From: an uncultured virus (IMG/VR IMGVR_UViG_3300042864_000556) | Lineage: Duplodnaviria; Heunggongvirae; Uroviricota; Caudoviricetes | DNA length: 20,000 bases | Strand: one strand, 5' to 3' | IMG/VR virus record: IMGVR_UViG_3300042864_000556 | In this document: one piece after another, positions 16,869-20,000 of the stretch | Layout of the letters: each line of letters starts with the position of its first letter | How positions within the stretch are numbered: position 1 is the first letter of the stretch | The notes under the pieces: model-generated | What the model was told of the DNA's origin: nothing | The model's database searches: none | The model's input: the letters and a program-made list of their open reading frames with translations, nothing else | Translations under genes and position numbers: made by a program

Positions 16869-16902
16869 AAAGTACCCTCCGTAAAAAGAGGGTATTTTTT
16901 TT
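16869..16902 (+). terminator. Rho-independent terminator
   Basis: Stem AAAGTACCCTC (16869-16879) / GAGGGTATTTT (16888-16898) with an 8-nt loop and a long T tract. Confidence 0.85.
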
Positions 16903-16923
16903 GTCTAATTTTTAGTACATTTG
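16902..16923 (+). promoter_or_regulatory. -7 element TACATTTG with TGTCT-N8-GTACA box; probably leaderless tail-operon promoter
   Basis: TACATTTG at 16916-16923, box at 16902-16919, ATG at 16928. No canonical -33 element. Confidence 0.7.
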
Positions 16924-16927
16924 TATC

Positions 16928-17536
16928 ATGTTAACATCGGAAATAAAATCGAGATTCAAAACATTGTTTGACGAAATGTATTCGGGGGATATGCCTAACG
17001 GTAGATTAACCAACATATTTGCTCATGCCCAAACGAATTATTGGGAAAAGTTAATGAATCAATACCAACTCAATTCAGCAATCACATCAGAGTTAAAACC
17101 TTTGATAAAGAATATAACAGTAACACCAACGTCAAATGAAATAGACGTAGACACATTAATAGCAAGTGATGACTACAAGCGACTATTAGCATTGAGGTGT
17201 ACGTTTTCAGATGGCGTTACAAGTTGGGCTAAAGAATTATTAACAGAAGAATTGTTATCTTATTTTTCAAGAGGCACAACAAGATACCCAAGATACTACC
17301 AAGCCAACAACAATATATTGATAGAGCCTGCATCGGTAAATTGCACGAGTGCAAATGTGATGTACTTTAGGAAACCTTTTAACATAGACTTTGACACGCC
17401 CACAGACGATATACCTTACATTGAAATTTCAATTGAGAACATTATCCAAGAAGCGTTAGCAGTAGCAGCAAGCATAGTAAGGGAAGATACGTTTTACCAA
17501 ATAAGCGAATCGGAAGCAAATAGAAATAGAAATTAG
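16928..17536 (+). CDS. Tail ring protein (crAss R3/R4-like)
   Basis: 202 aa with the pattern 'M...EI...F..LFD...IF.HAQ...ELKPLI...YFRKP..I'. First of three similar-sized genes before the muzzle. Confidence 0.65.
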   Translation: MLTSEIKSRFKTLFDEMYSGDMPNGRLTNIFAHAQTNYWEKLMNQYQLNSAITSELKPLIKNITVTPTSNEIDVDTLIASDDYKRLLALRCTFSDGVTSWAKELLTEELLSYFSRGTTRYPRYYQANNNILIEPASVNCTSANVMYFRKPFNIDFDTPTDDIPYIEISIENIIQEALAVAASIVREDTFYQISESEANRNRN

Positions 17537-17538
17537 GT

Positions 17539-18213
17539 ATGAAATTAGAACACATAGAAGATGTAATAGAAAGGGCAATCAACGCATTAGACAAGACGTT
17601 AAGCAGTAGATTAGACCCTTTATATATTGAACAGTTAATTCACCAAGCAAGGGCAGAGGCAATCCGAAACCTTTACAACGGTTCAAGAACACAAGGGGCG
17701 TTAAAGAAGATTGACGGTGCATGGGTGCAGACATTTGAAGTGGACATAATTGATGCCGACCAAGATGATGACAACGACTATTTAATCTTTGACGTACCCG
17801 CACCTTTGCAGATAAACAAAAACATGGGTGGATTAATCTATGTAGGTTCAAGCAAAAAGACCAAAGGATTTAAAGTAGCACAAGGAGTAGGGGAGATAAA
17901 CGACTTAATCAATAGGGGTTATTTAGAAGATGGCAAAGACATAGCTTGTGTTTACGAACCAATAGGTTTAAAGGTTTGGGGTAATATGAATCTTAAAAAA
18001 ATAAAAGTAAGTGCGATATTGCAGAACCCAATAGACGCACCAAACTTTTTAGTAAACGAAGATGATTACCCCGTAAGCGAAGACTTAATCAACATGATAC
18101 AAGATATAGTAGTACAGAAGGTATCGGTAGGATTAAGACAAACGCCCGATATAATAGCAGACGGTGCGGATACTAATTCAATAAATGTAACACGCTCAAA
18201 TATTAAACAATAA
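17539..18213 (+). CDS. Tail ring protein (crAss R2-like)
   Basis: 224 aa with the pattern 'IEQLIHQARAEAIR...ID.AWVQT...ILQNP......YPVS...I..I'. Confidence 0.65.
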   Translation: MKLEHIEDVIERAINALDKTLSSRLDPLYIEQLIHQARAEAIRNLYNGSRTQGALKKIDGAWVQTFEVDIIDADQDDDNDYLIFDVPAPLQINKNMGGLIYVGSSKKTKGFKVAQGVGEINDLINRGYLEDGKDIACVYEPIGLKVWGNMNLKKIKVSAILQNPIDAPNFLVNEDDYPVSEDLINMIQDIVVQKVSVGLRQTPDIIADGADTNSINVTRSNIKQ

Positions 18214-18884
18214 TGAACAACATACAAGATTATTCTACATATAGCGTAGTGTCATTAGATACGGTAGTTGCGGGTGCAAAGATGCGCTTAGGTATAAAAA
18301 ACAGCACCGAAGACGATATGTATTTAAAAGACTTAGCAATAGAGGGTGTAAAGAAAATGAGGGCAGCAAAGTCCTATGTGCAAGCATATGCGGTATTGCC
18401 TATTGTTAATTTAAGGGCTGAGTTGCCGTCAAACTTTGTTATGCTAAATAAGTTTAACGGGGTGGCATTGGTGGATAGCGAGGGTGATGCAGACTTTAGC
18501 AATGGCGCAGCGTTACCGTTTAATACGGGTGAGCCGTTTTATAAAAACAGTCCTTACACATTAGCACCATTAACAAGGGCGGGTAGCTTTCAGATACAAG
18601 ACGGATATATTTATTTTGGTTCAACTGTAAGTCAAAGCTATGTAGCGATAATGTACTTAGCGGTAAATCAGAATGAAGACGGAGATATAATTATTCCAGA
18701 GGTATATCAAAATTACTTAATACCATACTTATGTTATCAATGGTGTTTAACTAATAACGATAATAGGTTTAGTTCGTACCAAAGAAGTTACGAAACAAAC
18801 TTACGGGCTGTAAGAGGCACGTTGAATTTGCCCGATGCAAGTGAGCAACAGTTGATAGCATATAAATTTAATACGATAATTTAA
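18213..18884 (+). CDS. Tail ring protein 1 / head-tail adaptor (P22 gp4-like)
   Basis: 223 aa with the pattern 'VSLDTVV...LPI.N.RAELP..F...FQIQDGYIYF......V.I.YLA....EDG...IPE'. Directly upstream of the muzzle gene with a TAATG overlap. Confidence 0.7.
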   Translation: MNNIQDYSTYSVVSLDTVVAGAKMRLGIKNSTEDDMYLKDLAIEGVKKMRAAKSYVQAYAVLPIVNLRAELPSNFVMLNKFNGVALVDSEGDADFSNGAALPFNTGEPFYKNSPYTLAPLTRAGSFQIQDGYIYFGSTVSQSYVAIMYLAVNQNEDGDIIIPEVYQNYLIPYLCYQWCLTNNDNRFSSYQRSYETNLRAVRGTLNLPDASEQQLIAYKFNTII

Positions 18885-20000
18885 TGGCACAAGACAATCA
18901 GTTTTTTTCATTAAGACGTGGGTTAGACAAAGACAGTTCCTATAACGATATAGACACTAACGACTATGCCGATGCACAAGATTGTGATTTCTTTTCAGAC
19001 ACGGGAAACGAAACGGGAGAGATACAGCCTATTAAAAGTATGTCCGAATATTATACTATCCCATCTGCTACAAGAACTACTAAACAATATATATTTACAT
19101 TCTCACTATCGCCTAATGGGTATTTTGTTAGTATTAAGTACGCTAACGGTGCAAGTTCAATAGCATTTAGTTTAGCAGCACAACCTAACGCAACAGCATG
19201 GGCAGCAGCATTTGAAGCAGCCGTACCTGCGAGTACATTAACCACTTCGGTAAATGGCAATGATGTTACTATAACCTTTGACTACAACGTATCTTACAAC
19301 GACTATGTGTTAGAGATATTTAAGTATTCAGACGAAGGGTATAAGATAGGGTTTCCTTTAGTGTGTGTAAGGGATTATACAGAAGCTACCGAGTTCAAAC
19401 AATTAGAAAGCGTACAATACGTTAATAGTCAATTCGTGCTTAGTAGGGGATTTTCCGCACCGTTTATCTCAGAGTTAGGCGTGGTTAAGATAGGTGTAGA
19501 TACTACTACGGGTGAGGAAACAAGAACGTATGTAAGGTTAATGAGGTCAAGTCAATTAAACTTCCCAACCACACAAAAGATAATACTAAGAACCGAACTG
19601 TTTAATGATGATACGATAGCAATTTACTATACAGACTTTGACAATACGCCAAGAGTAATATACGTTCCAATAGTTCTCACGCAAGATTGCATGATTAAGA
19701 AGTTGGGAGTAGGTATGTATAACTTAGACTTTGCAGACCAACAACTAAGACTGCAACTAACTAACAATGAAGGTAGGGTATTTTTAAAAGAACAAAAGAA
19801 TGACGGTGGCACTTTATTGTCGGGTGGTAAAAGATATGCGATAAGGTTTTTGTCGGGCAATGCAGCAACGGAGTGGAGTGATTTATCGCAGTTAGTACCC
19901 GTATTTAAAGAGAGTACGCAAGGTGCAGGGTATAGAATAAAAGGTAATAAAGCGGGCGTAAAGACATCAAAGAGTAACGTGCTGTATGTGCAAGATGCTA
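18884..20000 (+). CDS. Muzzle / tail stabilisation protein (P22 gp10-like), 3' truncated; absent from the supplied ORF track
   Basis: ATG 18884 overlaps the previous TAA and the frame appears open to the window end. It reads MAQDNQFFSLRRGLDKDSS...DYADAQD, 'LNFPTTQKI', 'IYYTDFDNTPRVI' and 'GGTLLSGGKRYAIRF...TEWSDLSQLVP', typical crAss muzzle motifs. Confidence 0.8.
   Translation, partial: MAQDNQFFSLRRGLDKDSSYNDIDTNDYADAQDCDFFSDTGNETGEIQPIKSMSEYYTIPSATRTTKQYIFTFSLSPNGYFVSIKYANGASSIAFSLAAQPNATAWAAAFEAAVPASTLTTSVNGNDVTITFDYNVSYNDYVLEIFKYSDEGYKIGFPLVCVRDYTEATEFKQLESVQYVNSQFVLSRGFSAPFISELGVVKIGVDTTTGEETRTYVRLMRSSQLNFPTTQKIILRTELFNDDTIAIYYTDFDNTPRVIYVPIVLTQDCMIKKLGVGMYNLDFADQQLRLQLTNNEGRVFLKEQKNDGGTLLSGGKRYAIRFLSGNAATEWSDLSQLVPVFKESTQGAGYRIKGNKAGVKTSKSNVLYVQDA

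Noticed and set aside
18966..19163. 65-aa plus-strand ORF
   Set aside because: It is out of frame inside the truncated muzzle gene that starts at 18884.
1908..19860. Many minus-strand ORFs (e.g. 1908-2387, 3174-3722, 10788-11375, 11757-12149, 15174-15476)
   Set aside because: They are antisense shadows lying within well-supported plus-strand genes, with no recognisable motifs or promoters.
1..20000. Stop-codon reassignment (TAG or TGA), known in some Crassvirales
   Set aside because: Genes are full length in code 11. TAG ends TerL, portal and others at sensible boundaries, and TGA is used in an ATGA overlap at 5264-5267.

Overview
The window is the virion-morphogenesis region of a crAss-like (Crassvirales-type) podophage with a probable Bacteroidota host. 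Nearly all genes are on the + strand, in this order: a 5'-truncated ORF; two paralogous putative tail-hub gene pairs flanking a 664-aa fibre; a small gene and large terminase; portal; acidic scaffold-like protein; major capsid protein; auxiliary capsid-like protein; three accessory (Ig-like/fibre) genes; a conserved crAss 'gene 75'-like protein; three tail ring proteins; and the start of the muzzle gene. The standard genetic code fits, and I saw no introns or inteins. The most interesting signal is regulatory. The only convincing antisense gene (10059-10292, between portal and scaffold) encodes a ribbon-helix-helix-like protein with its own near-leaderless Bacteroidota promoter. An 18-bp pseudo-palindrome, TGTCY-N8-RKACA, overlaps that promoter and four other structural-gene promoters, suggesting an autoregulated RHH switch over the late genes. 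Family assignments come from recalled motifs and synteny, not database searches.
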